Assembly: GCA_963663805.2 (NCBI GenBank)
Contig: CAXXMR010000031.1
Span: forward strand, 21,716-85,715
DNA length: 64,000 bases
Origin: Sedimentisphaerales bacterium
GTDB lineage: Bacteria; Planctomycetota; Phycisphaerae; Sedimentisphaerales; SM23-30
Reading direction: 5' to 3'
Numbering within the stretch: position 1 is the first letter of the stretch; each line of letters opens with the position of its first letter. Shown piece by piece: positions 12,624 to 21,528 of the stretch. The notes under the pieces were generated by a model. That model made no database searches, had not been told where the DNA came from, and saw only the letters and a list, made by a program, of their open reading frames with translations. The position numbers were made by a program, and so were the translations under genes.

Positions 12624-13441
12624 TGACTAAATATATATTTACAATAATCATACTGGCGGCGGGGATAGCTGACGCAGCGGAACTGGAACAGGAGCAATTA
12701 TACAGTCTGGCGAACGAGGCAAGTTTGTTATTCCGTGCAGGTAATGAACTTAGCGTGAGCGATGAGCAGGCGGCGGCGGAGAAATATCAGGCGGCGATTC
12801 TCAGGTATAAACGAATAATTGAGGAAGGGCAGATAGAGAACGGATATCTTTATTATAATATTGGCAACGGCTATCTGCTGCGGGGCGAGATTGGTCATGC
12901 AATAGCTAACTATAAGCGGGCAATGAGGTTAGGATTGCAATCGCCGGAACTTATGAAGAATCTGGATTATGCCCGCGGTCAGCGTGAAGATGAAATTACG
13001 TTGCGGGCGGAGAAGAAGGTGCTGGAAACTCTGTTTTTCTGGCATTACGACATCAGTGAACGAGGCAGGTTCATCGCTCTAACTATTTGCTGGATATTGA
13101 CTTGTATAATGCTTGCCTGGGGATGGGGCAAGGTTCGGGGGCTGGTTTGGGGCGGAGTCGTGGTTGGGCTGGTGGGACTGGCCTGGGCGGGTTCGGTGGC
13201 GGCGACGGAGTTTGACAAAGCTGTAAGTATTGAGGGGGTAATAGTTTGTAACTCTGTCACGGGACGACAGGGAGACGGGGTGAATTATCCGAGCAGCTTC
13301 GAGGGGGATTTACATGAAGGGACGGAGTTTGTGGTGCTGGAGAGCCGTAAAGACTGGCTGCATGTGGAGTTAGGGAACGGTACCGATACGTGGCTGCCGT
13401 CAGAAGCAGTAGAGTGCGTGTCACAGTGCGTGTCGCACTGA
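12620..13441 (+). CDS. batE: TPR + TM + SH3-like protein, BatE-like
   Basis: LYYNIGNGY...GHAIANYKRA TPR, two TM helices, LHEGTEF...W...WLP C-terminus. Confidence 0.75.
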   Translation: MMTKYIFTIIILAAGIADAAELEQEQLYSLANEASLLFRAGNELSVSDEQAAAEKYQAAILRYKRIIEEGQIENGYLYYNIGNGYLLRGEIGHAIANYKRAMRLGLQSPELMKNLDYARGQREDEITLRAEKKVLETLFFWHYDISERGRFIALTICWILTCIMLAWGWGKVRGLVWGGVVVGLVGLAWAGSVAATEFDKAVSIEGVIVCNSVTGRQGDGVNYPSSFEGDLHEGTEFVVLESRKDWLHVELGNGTDTWLPSEAVECVSQCVSH

Positions 13442-13491
13442 TAAATCGCCGCGGGCGTTTGTCGTATGGGGCGCTCCCGTTGGTCGCTTGG
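13425..13491 (+). repeat. 67-bp dispersed repeat, copy 1, overlapping the batE stop codon
   Basis: agtgcgtgtcgcac..ataaatcgccgcgg..gtttgt..tatggggcg.tcccgttggtcgcttgg; second copy at 30907-30973. Confidence 0.9.
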
Positions 13492-13978
13492 TTGGTGGGC
13501 AAATATGGGTTTGTAAGTGCTTGTTTTGTGTTAAGGAAATCGTTGTAAGTCCTTATTTTTGTGAGCGCTAAGGTTACTTTGGGGGCGCGATTGGGGCTGA
13601 AAACGGGGATTTTGGGTGTGGCTTTCGCCTTAATGCGCAATTTAAAGGGGGTCAAATCAGCGCGATTGGGGATTTTGGGGGGACAAAAAGAGTGTTTGGG
13701 GTAAGGGGGTGGGGGATTTTGGTTGTAAATATGCCTGTTTGGGGCGTTATTGCGGTGGTAAAGTCGTGTTTGCGATGGAGGTTTTCGGCGCGGTTTGGAC
13801 TGGGACGACCGATTTTTGACGATTTTTTTGATTTTTCGAGCGATTTTTTTGATTTTTTGGCGTGGTTTTTGGGGGAAATTGGAGGTTTTGTGGGGAAGGC
13901 AGGAGAGAAGAAGGGATGAGGCAAGAGTGAACGGCGAGGTGCTGCCTTTGGCAGGGAGTGTTTTTATTTTCAAACAAG

Positions 13979-14005
13979 AAAAAAAGAGATTTGACCCCTT
14001 TTTTT
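13979..14005 (+). repeat. REP-like short imperfect palindrome AAAAAGAGATTTGACCCYTTTTT, copy 1
   Basis: Other copies at 23574-23599, 24115-24140 (inverted) and 24220-24243. Confidence 0.75.
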
Positions 14006-14010
14006 CCACT

Positions 14011-17000
14011 TTAGTTCAGTGACGCGGACTGGTTGAAGTTGGCGAACTGGATGTTTACAGGTTCTGTTTCGTTTAATTCGGGTAGATCGGTGTGGTCGAT
14101 TTTTATTTTGTATTGGCATTTATCGAAATCGAACTGGGCGGATTTGACGGGGGTGTCGGAATCTTTGGGGCGTTTATATTTGAATTTGCGGCCGGAGGCG
14201 GTGAAGTCCGCGGCGGCCATCTGGGCGGTGAAGGTGTCCCAGGTGAGGGTTACAGTGCTTTCGGTGAGGTCGGTATCGAGCTGGGCAGGGGTTATTTCGC
14301 CCTGAATGCTGAGGCTGTCGCGGCTGTCCTTATCGGAATATTTCACTTTCGATTTTGTTACCGATAAGGTGTCGGCGTAACCGTTGAGGTAATAGATAGA
14401 GAACTGCTCATCTATCTGAGCGGTGCCGTAAAACAGGCCGACAACTATCTCCAGAGTGGCGGGGCCGGTCAGGCCGGTCAAGTCAATATCATCGGCGTTC
14501 AGAATAAAAACATTATCTTCCATATCGAAAGCGAACTGGCAGGTGCCGTCATATTCATCTTCAATTTCATATTGGCCATCATCGAGATTTTCGGCATTGT
14601 AAGTGAGGTCTCTTTGCCAGACGATTTCGGTGGCGGCATTGTAAAGGGTAATGGCGATAGTCTCGGCGGCGGCCAGGTCGTCGGTAGTAATGGCGAAGTT
14701 ACTACCCTGGACCTTGAAGCTGTCGCCGTTGTCATCACGGTCGCGGTCGGCCTTGAATCTGGTTTTGTCGATGGTAAGGTCGACTTCGTGATAGACTATC
14801 GGGTTTTCATTGCCGCCGCTGTCGGTGTCATCATCGAGAATGGTATAGGTATAGGTTGTAGTGCTGCCGAGCTGAGCGTTGGTGGGGTCAGAGAGAGTGA
14901 TGATTACTGTCTCACCATCTTCATCGAGTTCATCGTCGGTGATGCCAAGGGTTATATATTGGGTTTGTTCACCGGCGGCGAAGGTGATGGTTCCATCGGC
15001 GAGAGTATAATCGGTGCCGCTGCCGGTTGCGGTGCCGCCGGAAACAGTATAGTCAACCGCAATATCGCTGACGGAGATTTCCGAGAGGATAACGGGAATC
15101 TGGATTTCGGGGGTTGATTCGGCACCCGAACCGGAAGCGAGGCTGAACTGAACGATAATATCCGAAGCGGAACCGACGACATACCAGACCGGCAGCATGG
15201 CATTGCTGACCAGTGCTTCGGCGGTGCCGGCGGTACTCTGGCCATCGTCAGTCAGAGTAATGCTGTAGATGGTGCTGCTGTTGCGGGCACCTTCGCGCTG
15301 GAAGATAAGGCTTTGGCCATCGGGGGCATAGTCGGGATAGGCTGGTTCTGAGCCATTGGAGAATAAGGTTGTGGATTTGCCGGTGTATAGGTTGACAGCC
15401 AGCACACTGGCGGTATAGTCGATCATGTCGATGCAGAGCAGTGAGGGATGTTTGGGCGAGAGGACGGGGTTGCCGATACTGATGCTGCTGTCCTGAGTGG
15501 CCATGATGGAGTAGACCTGGCCGGTGTCGGTGTCGATTTTGTTGACATCCCAGAAGTCAATAGTGCCGGTTCCGGGCGAGTCGATGCTCTTATAGCAGTC
15601 ATAGATGAGGTATTTTTCATCGACCCAGACCATGACATCAGCGAACCGGACGATGTCTTCATATTGGCCCTGGGTGGTAGTCGGATGGAGCAGAGTAAGC
15701 GTATCGGTTTGGTTGGTTTGGAGGTCAAGGATGTAGATGAGGTTTTCGTCGTAATCGCGGGTCAGGGCGATGCGATTTCCGCTGGGCGATACGGCGACGG
15801 AGAACCAGTGATCGGTGCCGTCGATAACGGTTTCGCCCGATTCATCTATCAGGCAGAGATTATAATTGCTGTCGATAAAGAAGATTCGTTCGCCGTAGGC
15901 ATCGACGGCGATGGGACGACCGGAATCGGTGTTAATCTGGCGGTAGGAGAGCTGCTCGAAATCCTCAAATTCGGGAGTGGTGTAGTAAAGCGAATGGTCG
16001 TGGGTCATGGGGTTATTGTTGACCAGCAGAATGAATTCATCGCCGCTGAGTGTCACGACTTCATCCGGCTCGGAGCTGGAGGAATCATCATCGGTTATGC
16101 CGACCGCGTCATAGGCGGTGGCGACGGCCTGTTGTTCGGTTGAATCTTCGCCGTAGAGGTCAGCCGCTGCCTGGAGCATGGCGATGCGGGCATCGGTGAA
16201 GTTGGACTGCTTAACGAGATAATTATTGAGGGCACGATACCAGATTTTGCCGGTGGCTTGCCGACCGATAGCTTCCATCATGAGATAGGCGGCGTGATTG
16301 GTTATGCCGCCGTTGATGTGTACGCCACCGTTGTCATCATTGAGGGGCAGGTCCATGTATTCATCCATGTGGCTGGGCTGCCAGCAGCTGTCGTAATATG
16401 ATGTTCCTCCGTTATGGGGGTTGGCCATGTCCCTGAGGGCCCCAGTTGGGAATGTGGTTGTGTCTTTGATGATGTCTTCGCCGAGCATATAGTCGTCATC
16501 GTCGATCATAACTCCGAAGACATCAGCGTAAGTTTCGTTTAGTGCCCCGGAGTCGTAGGCATATTCCAATGCGGCGGTGTATTCGACCACGGCATGTGTC
16601 AGTTCATGTGCCGCGACATCGAGTGCTCCGGCCAGGGAATAGAAATAATCATCTCCGTCACCGAGCACTACCGCCTGGCCGTTCCAGTAGGCGTTGTCCA
16701 TGGGTTGTCCGCTTTCGGTGACATGAATCATGGTTATGATGGTGCTGCCTTCATCGTCAAACGAGTTACGGCCATGTTCGTTGAGCCAGTAGTCATAGCT
16801 GAGTCCGGCGAAATAATGAGCTGAAACAGCGGCGGCGTCGGACCAGGAGTTGTTTGTGGAGGTAATGTCGTAAATGGTGGAGTTTTTGTTGAGGTTTTTT
16901 CCGCGCAGGTCCCAGGTGACAATCGTCCCTTGCGGATCGTTGGTGAGGTCGTCGTCTGACTGGCTGGTGTCGAACATGTCGCGGGTGGTGTCGAGCAGGT

Positions 17001-17946
17001 AATACTGATTGTCGATTTTGGTGGTGTTGATAATTACCGAGCCGGCATAGAGGGTGTTGGCCTGAGCGGTGGCATGTTGATAGTGACAGGTAATGTTGTA
17101 ATATTGCAGGACGCTGCCGTCGTGGGCATCGATGAAATAACGCCAGCGGTCACGCAGGCTGCTGGGGATTTCCACGATCCAGGCCAGGTGGATTTCGCTG
17201 TCAACTTCTTGCTGCCAGTAATAGATTTTGGCGACGGGGCGGGGCAGTTTGTATTTATCGTAATCGGCTTCGGTAAGCGGAGTAGCGGCAGTGATGAATA
17301 TTAGTTCGTTGCTGACGATAGCAAGGGCGTGTTCGCGGGTGATGGTGGGATTTGCGTCAGGGTAAGAGGCGGTATCGTCCTGTTGGATGAGGCAGTTAAT
17401 GGCGGCCAGGTTGCCATCGTTAGCATAGTGGGCGATTAGTTGGCGTCCCCAGAAGCTGACACCGTTGTGGCTCTGCTGGAACAATTGATGTTTCATGCCG
17501 AGCCGGTCAGATTGGGTGCGTTTCAGGGTTAGGGTCTGGTTGGGGTCTCTCAGGCCGAACAAGGTGTTATGGTTACGCAGATAACGCATGGTCAGGGATT
17601 TGCTGGTTTCGCGACTATTGCGGTTGGCTAAGCGTTGCCGGGCGTTGCTTGTGGTTACAGCGGTGATTCCCCGACGTTTTTGACGATGGACGCGGGGAGA
17701 ATTGTCGGCGTTGAGCTGAGTCTTTGTCTGCCGGGTCGAGCTGGGGGTGCGAAAAAGCCCCTGGACAGGGGAGTTTGCTGATGTGGTGGTATCATTGACG
17801 ATTTTACCGGGCAGGCTGTCCAGGCTGGGCGCAGTCGGGGCGATGCGTGAGTGTTTGGAGGTTACAACTTTGTCTTTTGAGGATGCCAGAGCGGCGGCGG
17901 GGATTAAAAGTGCGACGATTAATAACAGTTTGCTGAGTTTTCTCAT
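14011..17946 (-). CDS. Secreted M4 (thermolysin-like) metallopeptidase with propeptide, propeller-like region and Calx-beta domain
   Basis: Signal peptide from MRKLSKLL; FIDAHDG propeptide end; DNAYWNG, AHELTH, SGALNE, GGVHING; YAPDG repeats; DDELDEDGETVIITL Calx-beta. Confidence 0.9.
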   Translation of the reverse strand: MRKLSKLLLIVALLIPAAALASSKDKVVTSKHSRIAPTAPSLDSLPGKIVNDTTTSANSPVQGLFRTPSSTRQTKTQLNADNSPRVHRQKRRGITAVTTSNARQRLANRNSRETSKSLTMRYLRNHNTLFGLRDPNQTLTLKRTQSDRLGMKHQLFQQSHNGVSFWGRQLIAHYANDGNLAAINCLIQQDDTASYPDANPTITREHALAIVSNELIFITAATPLTEADYDKYKLPRPVAKIYYWQQEVDSEIHLAWIVEIPSSLRDRWRYFIDAHDGSVLQYYNITCHYQHATAQANTLYAGSVIINTTKIDNQYYLLDTTRDMFDTSQSDDDLTNDPQGTIVTWDLRGKNLNKNSTIYDITSTNNSWSDAAAVSAHYFAGLSYDYWLNEHGRNSFDDEGSTIITMIHVTESGQPMDNAYWNGQAVVLGDGDDYFYSLAGALDVAAHELTHAVVEYTAALEYAYDSGALNETYADVFGVMIDDDDYMLGEDIIKDTTTFPTGALRDMANPHNGGTSYYDSCWQPSHMDEYMDLPLNDDNGGVHINGGITNHAAYLMMEAIGRQATGKIWYRALNNYLVKQSNFTDARIAMLQAAADLYGEDSTEQQAVATAYDAVGITDDDSSSSEPDEVVTLSGDEFILLVNNNPMTHDHSLYYTTPEFEDFEQLSYRQINTDSGRPIAVDAYGERIFFIDSNYNLCLIDESGETVIDGTDHWFSVAVSPSGNRIALTRDYDENLIYILDLQTNQTDTLTLLHPTTTQGQYEDIVRFADVMVWVDEKYLIYDCYKSIDSPGTGTIDFWDVNKIDTDTGQVYSIMATQDSSISIGNPVLSPKHPSLLCIDMIDYTASVLAVNLYTGKSTTLFSNGSEPAYPDYAPDGQSLIFQREGARNSSTIYSITLTDDGQSTAGTAEALVSNAMLPVWYVVGSASDIIVQFSLASGSGAESTPEIQIPVILSEISVSDIAVDYTVSGGTATGSGTDYTLADGTITFAAGEQTQYITLGITDDELDEDGETVIITLSDPTNAQLGSTTTYTYTILDDDTDSGGNENPIVYHEVDLTIDKTRFKADRDRDDNGDSFKVQGSNFAITTDDLAAAETIAITLYNAATEIVWQRDLTYNAENLDDGQYEIEDEYDGTCQFAFDMEDNVFILNADDIDLTGLTGPATLEIVVGLFYGTAQIDEQFSIYYLNGYADTLSVTKSKVKYSDKDSRDSLSIQGEITPAQLDTDLTESTVTLTWDTFTAQMAAADFTASGRKFKYKRPKDSDTPVKSAQFDFDKCQYKIKIDHTDLPELNETEPVNIQFANFNQSASLN

Positions 17947-18207
17947 GGAACTTCCCTTAAAATCGGCAATTGCGTTAAGGCAGGTTGTTACATCCAATTG
18001 ACAGTAATGTTTAGGCCCCTAATTGTCAAGTTTGTCCCCAAGGCCGGTCCAAAGCGGGGTTAATGCGTAAGTATTGATATTATTGCATAGGTTAATGGAA
18101 AAAGTGTAAAACTTGTTTTGGATTCTCGATACCGCTATACTGAGTTTTTGGGCGGCTTGATGCCGCGTATATTGCCTGTAATGACATAGTAAGTAGGAGT
18201 ACAAATC

Positions 18208-19590
18208 ATGTCGAAGGCTTATCAATCAGTTGTAATTGGTGCCGGGCCAGGAGGTTACGTTGCTGCCCTCCGGCTGGCGGACCATGATTTGAAGGTTGCC
18301 GTGGTCGAGAATCGGGATTTGGGCGGGACCTGTCTCAATCGGGGTTGCATTCCCACCAAGGCCCTGCTGCATAGCAGTGAAATCGCTGACCATATCGGCA
18401 AGGCCGAGGAATATGGGATTAGCGTCAGTGATTTTCAGGTTAGTCTAAAGGCGATGATTCAGCGGAAGAATAACGTGGTCAAAAAGCTACGGTCCGGGGT
18501 CAAGTCTCTGCTAAAGGCCCGTAAAGTCGATGTTTACGAAGGGGTTGGGGTGCTTTCCGGCGATAAAAGGGTGGAAGTTACGCTCAAGAACGGTCAATCT
18601 GAGTCGCTTGAGGCTGAGAATATTGTCATCGCTACCGGCTCCGAACCGGGCGTACCAGTCTTTCTGCCGCAGGACCGTTCGGTGGTAATGACCTCGGATG
18701 AGATTCTGGATTTGGAGGAGCAGCCCGAATCGCTGTTGATTGTGGGCGGCGGGGTTATAGGCTGTGAGTTTGCGACACTGTTCAGCGAGCTGGGGACGGA
18801 AGTAACGGTGGTGGAAATGCTGGACCGTATTTTGCCGATGGCGGACACTGATATTTCCAAGTCGCTGACGAAGCATTTTCAGGGGCAGGATGTGGCGGTT
18901 CATACCGGCGTGGGGGTGGCGAAGATGGCAATTGTGGGCGGCAAGGTTAAGGCAGAGCTTCAGGACGGGACGGTTATCGAGGCAGAAAAAGCTTTGGTAT
19001 GTACCGGTCGCCGCCCGGTCAGTGAGGGGTTGGGCTTTGAGGAAATCGGGCTGGAGATGGAAAAAGGTTTTATTAAAGTTGATGATTACTGCTGTACGAA
19101 TGTCCCCGGTATTTATGCGATTGGCGATGTGACGGGTAAGTGGCAGCTGGCCCATGTTGCGTCACGTCAGGGACAGGTGGCGGCGAACAATATCGCGGGA
19201 ATCGAAGACAGCGAAGATTATCTGATAGTTCCCTCGGCGGTCTATACGCATCCGGAGGCAGCCTGGGTGGGCCTGACGCTTGAGGAAGCAAAAGGTCGGG
19301 GTTTGAATGCCAGAGAAGCGGTTTTTCCAATGATGGCGTTGGGGCGGGCGGTGGCTTATGACCAGATAGGCGGATTTGTTAAAATTGTCTCCGGCGACGA
19401 TGGCGAAATCCTGGGGGCTCATCTGTATTGTCCGGCGGCGGCTGATATTATTCAGGAAATCGCGGTATTGATGAAGTCTGAGTGTACTGTGGCGGAGCTT
19501 GCCGCGACTATACACGGGCATCCGACATTCGCTGAGTCGCTGGCAGAAGCGGCAGAGGCGTTGCTGGGCCATCCGCTACACAGCATGTAA
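18208..19590 (+). CDS. lpdA: Dihydrolipoyl dehydrogenase
   Basis: GAGPGGY, GGTCLNRGCIPTK, GGGVIGCE, HGHPTFAE; RBS aggag. Confidence 0.95.
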   Translation: MSKAYQSVVIGAGPGGYVAALRLADHDLKVAVVENRDLGGTCLNRGCIPTKALLHSSEIADHIGKAEEYGISVSDFQVSLKAMIQRKNNVVKKLRSGVKSLLKARKVDVYEGVGVLSGDKRVEVTLKNGQSESLEAENIVIATGSEPGVPVFLPQDRSVVMTSDEILDLEEQPESLLIVGGGVIGCEFATLFSELGTEVTVVEMLDRILPMADTDISKSLTKHFQGQDVAVHTGVGVAKMAIVGGKVKAELQDGTVIEAEKALVCTGRRPVSEGLGFEEIGLEMEKGFIKVDDYCCTNVPGIYAIGDVTGKWQLAHVASRQGQVAANNIAGIEDSEDYLIVPSAVYTHPEAAWVGLTLEEAKGRGLNAREAVFPMMALGRAVAYDQIGGFVKIVSGDDGEILGAHLYCPAAADIIQEIAVLMKSECTVAELAATIHGHPTFAESLAEAAEALLGHPLHSM

Positions 19591-19617
19591 GCAAAAGTCC
19601 AATAAGAAGATTTTCAG

Positions 19618-19649
19618 GGCGTGAATATTCTCTATTTACGCCTTTTTTT
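19618..19649 (+). terminator. Intrinsic terminator after lpdA
   Basis: ggcgtgaata/tatttacgcc stem followed by T7. Confidence 0.75.
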
Positions 19650-19735
19650 ATTGCGCTTTGTATCGATTGCAGGGGTTATTCCGGTCAGGTAATAATTCAC
19701 AATAGCAAATCCAGCGAAAATGGCAGTTCGTGGTT

Positions 19736-19763
19736 TTGACAGGCGGGTTTTATATCTTAATTT
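19736..19763 (+). promoter_or_regulatory. Candidate sigma70-type promoter for the flagellin leader
   Basis: TTGACA (19736-19741), 16-bp spacer, TAATTT (19758-19763). Confidence 0.35.
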
Positions 19764-19933
19764 GAAGTAGAGAAAAAAGTAATCTTAGAACAGTTTGGCT
19801 GGCCCGACGGTCGGGCTTATCCAGGCAGAAGAACCAATACTGATTCTAAGAATGTTTCGCAACGGAGTTTGTTGTTCGGCGGTGCTGCGTCGGCGAGAGA
19901 TGTAAGTTACGATTTGAAATACATAGCGCCTAG

Positions 19934-19985
19934 GGAGGCACAGTATTAATCGCTTAGCTGCGGTTGGAACTGTGCCTCCTTTTTT
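19934..19985 (+). terminator. Terminator-like hairpin in the flagellin 5' leader
   Basis: Perfect 11-bp stem ggaggcacagt/actgtgcctcc followed by T6, 60 nt before the start codon. Confidence 0.75.
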
Positions 19986-20045
19986 GTGCGCTCCGGGTAT
20001 TAAGGTTTGTGGATTCGGCCCGGCGTTTCCAGCGGAGGTACAGTT

Positions 20046-21455
20046 ATGGTATTAAGTCTGAACAATTCCGGGATGATGGCGGCGGTCAACAATCTGACTC
20101 GTCTGGGCAATATGCTGGCGGTGTCGAATGAACGTTTGACCTCCGGCAAGCGTATCAATCGGGCATCTGACGACCCTTCGGGTATAATTGCCGCGACTAA
20201 TCTTAACGCTTCGATAGCTCGCCAGCAGGCTTCTATTGATAGTGCCGCGCGCATAGGTTCTATCGTAAGTACCGCTGACGGGGCCATGTCGGAGATTTCC
20301 GATTTGCTGATTTCCATCGAAACAAATGTGATTGCCGCGGCTGATTCGGGGGCTACCGCCGAGGAGAAAATCGCGTATCAGGCTGAAATAGACCTGGCCT
20401 TAAATTCTATCGACAGAATAGTAAACACGACCAGCTTTAATGGCAATCTGCTATTGAATGGTGATATGGGATATACAACTTCGGGGGTGACCTCGACCGA
20501 GCTGGCCGACGTTTCGGTTGAGTCGGCGAATATCGCTTCTGGTTCCGCTTCGGTAAGTGTCGAAGTGACCGAAGCGACCGTTGCGGCGGTCACCGCAGAT
20601 TTTTACGGAGCTGCTCTGGCCGATACCGGTACTTTAGAGATTACCGGAAATAACGGTACAGAAACAATCAACTTTTTTGCGGGCGATACCAAAGCTGTCC
20701 TGGCCGGCCGAATCAATGCTGAAACCGCTAATACCGGTGTTACCGCTGTTGAGGAAGGCGGCACTCTGGTATTCAAAAGCGTAAGTGCCGGAAGTGACCA
20801 GTTTGTTACCGTTGATGCCGGCGGTGATAGTTTTGATTTTGTAGATGGGGTAACTTCCGATTACGGTGAAGCCGCCTCAGCTACAGTTAATGGAACAACC
20901 GCGTCTGTAAGCGGCAATGATGTTTATTTTGGCACCAGTACGGTTTCCGGTCGGATTACCCTCAGTAACGCGTTTCTGGCTGCCGGCGGCACCAGCAGTT
21001 TTACAGTTACCGGCGGCGGTTCGGATTGGTCGCTGGGGCTGAATTCCTATGATTCGATTAATTACGGTGTGAGTTCACTGGATACCAGCAGTCTGGGTAA
21101 CAGCGTTACCGGTTATCTTAGTTCACTTCGCAGCGGCGGGGCCAATGATATTAACTCCGGCAATTCCAGTACCGCCCAAAGTGTTATCGACTCGGCTCAG
21201 TCGCAGGTCTCGCGTGAACGCGGCCGGTTGGGGGCGGTTCAGAGCTATGCACTGGATGCTACCACCAATGCTCTCAATGCCTCTATAGCCGCTCTTAGCG
21301 AGGAATACAGCTCAATTATGGACCTCGATTATGTGGAAGAAGCCGCCAACAATGAGCGACTGACTACCATGATGCAAATCGGCTCAAATGTTATTTCCGC
21401 AATGAATGCCAATACCAGCAATATCTTGAGCTTGTTAAATGGGGCATTCTCCTGA
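20046..21455 (+). CDS. fliC: Flagellin
   Basis: ERLTSGKRINRASDDPSG, TADGAM, TSFNG..LLNG, C-terminal RGRLGAVQ...IMDLDY...ILSLL; RBS ggagg. Confidence 0.9.
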   Translation: MVLSLNNSGMMAAVNNLTRLGNMLAVSNERLTSGKRINRASDDPSGIIAATNLNASIARQQASIDSAARIGSIVSTADGAMSEISDLLISIETNVIAAADSGATAEEKIAYQAEIDLALNSIDRIVNTTSFNGNLLLNGDMGYTTSGVTSTELADVSVESANIASGSASVSVEVTEATVAAVTADFYGAALADTGTLEITGNNGTETINFFAGDTKAVLAGRINAETANTGVTAVEEGGTLVFKSVSAGSDQFVTVDAGGDSFDFVDGVTSDYGEAASATVNGTTASVSGNDVYFGTSTVSGRITLSNAFLAAGGTSSFTVTGGGSDWSLGLNSYDSINYGVSSLDTSSLGNSVTGYLSSLRSGGANDINSGNSSTAQSVIDSAQSQVSRERGRLGAVQSYALDATTNALNASIAALSEEYSSIMDLDYVEEAANNERLTTMMQIGSNVISAMNANTSNILSLLNGAFS

Positions 21456-21495
21456 CAGCGATACAATATATGGGAATATGTACCTCCCTCCCCAG

Positions 21496-21528
21496 GCCCG
21501 CTGGTCAGCACACCGGCGGGCTTTTTTT
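21496..21528 (+). terminator. Intrinsic terminator after flagellin
   Basis: gcccgctggt/accggcgggc stem plus T7. Confidence 0.8.

Noticed and set aside
13257..14022. Several K/P-rich or F/G-rich ORFs
   Set aside because: Products of low-complexity G/T-rich intergenic DNA; no motifs or RBS
19770..19930. c-di-GMP riboswitch call for the flagellin leader
   Set aside because: Could not find class I or class II consensus elements by eye; left as an unclassified leader
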